Below, piece by piece: positions 62,997-64,000 of a DNA stretch of 64,000 nt (its first letter is position 1; each line of letters opens with the position of its first letter). Where the stretch lies: contig CM120640.1 of NCBI GenBank assembly GCA_051362555.1, positions 33,685,967-33,749,966 on the forward strand, read 5' to 3'. The DNA comes from Lingula anatina (Eukaryota; Animalia; Brachiopoda). The notes beneath the pieces were generated by a model. That model did no database searches. It saw only the letters and a list, made by a program, of their open reading frames with translations, and had not been told where the DNA came from. The translations under genes and the position numbers were made by a program.

Positions 62997-64000
62997 AGTA
63001 CATTTCAAATAGTAATTGCTGTTTGAGCAAATTTAACGAGTGCAACTTTTAAGGAGCAGGATACATGGTGGCTGAGACTGACTGTGGCTTAGATCAAAAA
63101 GACGCGGCGCGTATAAAAAGTGACGTCTTGGAAATAAGGGGCAATCGTAGCATGGCTCTGGGAGATCCAGGAGGCTTGTACAACCAATGATCCGTAACCA
63201 TGGCAATGTTGGGAATGGAAATGTTTTTGCATGACTTGCTGGCTTGGTAATGGAGCATTGCCATTAAATGTCAACTACATGCAAAGGGCTATGTTCTGGC
63301 AAACTATGCTTTATGAAGCAGAGACAGAATCGGGTCCAGCACTGCCCAGGTCAAATTTCATCTGTCCTCTTTAATAAAAACCTTCAGTTGCTTGATATTT
63401 CTATTATCACAGTATGTTCTGTTGGTTATTGTTAGAATCACCCTTTTTAAAATAAATCACTTCTGGATTTTAAAAAAAAGGCTCTTTGCTTTTAAGTTAG
63501 AGCCTTATTGATCTGCCATCAAAACTACGAGTCCGATATTTGATAGCATCAAATAGTTACTCTCTCCATCAACTTCAAATTAAATGAAAATGATACGATC
63601 ACAGTAACAATGTGTTTATGTGTGATCAGCGTTAATCTGTCACATTTTACAGAGAAAAAGATCATCTCACTACAACGCATTCATTTCACGACTCAATGTG
63701 GAGAAACACAAATTTGAGGAAAAGTGAAGCTAGGTGCTTTGCAAATCATCAATCTTCCAGCGGTCTTAGGGTATTTATTTTATGCTTGGCTTTAATGAAA
63801 TTAGCTCAAATTCCCCATGAATCGCAGGCGATTACATCGGGGGTAAAGCCAGCCTATCGCTAATAGTTTGTTCGACACAATTATCTCGGCATGACAATGT
63901 GAAAGGTGAATTTGATTAGAAATGCAAATGTTCCACACTGAGACAATCCAATGCCTGTAGGTAAAATACTCTTTGTGTTTTAATGCATTCACAGATTCCA

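Overview
This is AT-rich, intron-containing animal genomic DNA, probably from an invertebrate bilaterian (species not determinable). It is not prokaryotic, and most ORFs in the supplied track are spurious. Three spliced genes were reconstructed by hand. (1) The 3' ~580 codons of importin-11 (IPO11, + strand, 16 exons, 766-8557), including one U12-type AT-AC intron and one GC-AG intron. (2) A complete Islet LIM-homeobox gene (+ strand, 6 coding exons, 19445-33989, 371 aa). (3) The last two coding exons of SCAPER (- strand, 57454-57388 and 49625-49534), tail-to-tail with Islet. This is the ancient Islet-Scaper microsyntenic genomic regulatory block, here with IPO11 on the other side. A ~38-kb CpG-retaining domain around Islet is bounded almost exactly by the poly(A) signals of the two CpG-depleted neighbours. 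CpG-retaining, homeodomain-site-rich islands in the large Scaper introns are candidate Islet enhancers. The Islet 3' end shows duplicated splice and terminal-exon sequence that suggests alternative C-termini. No CRISPR array, tRNA/rRNA gene or intact transposon was recognised. Homology calls come from recall of known proteins, not from a database search.
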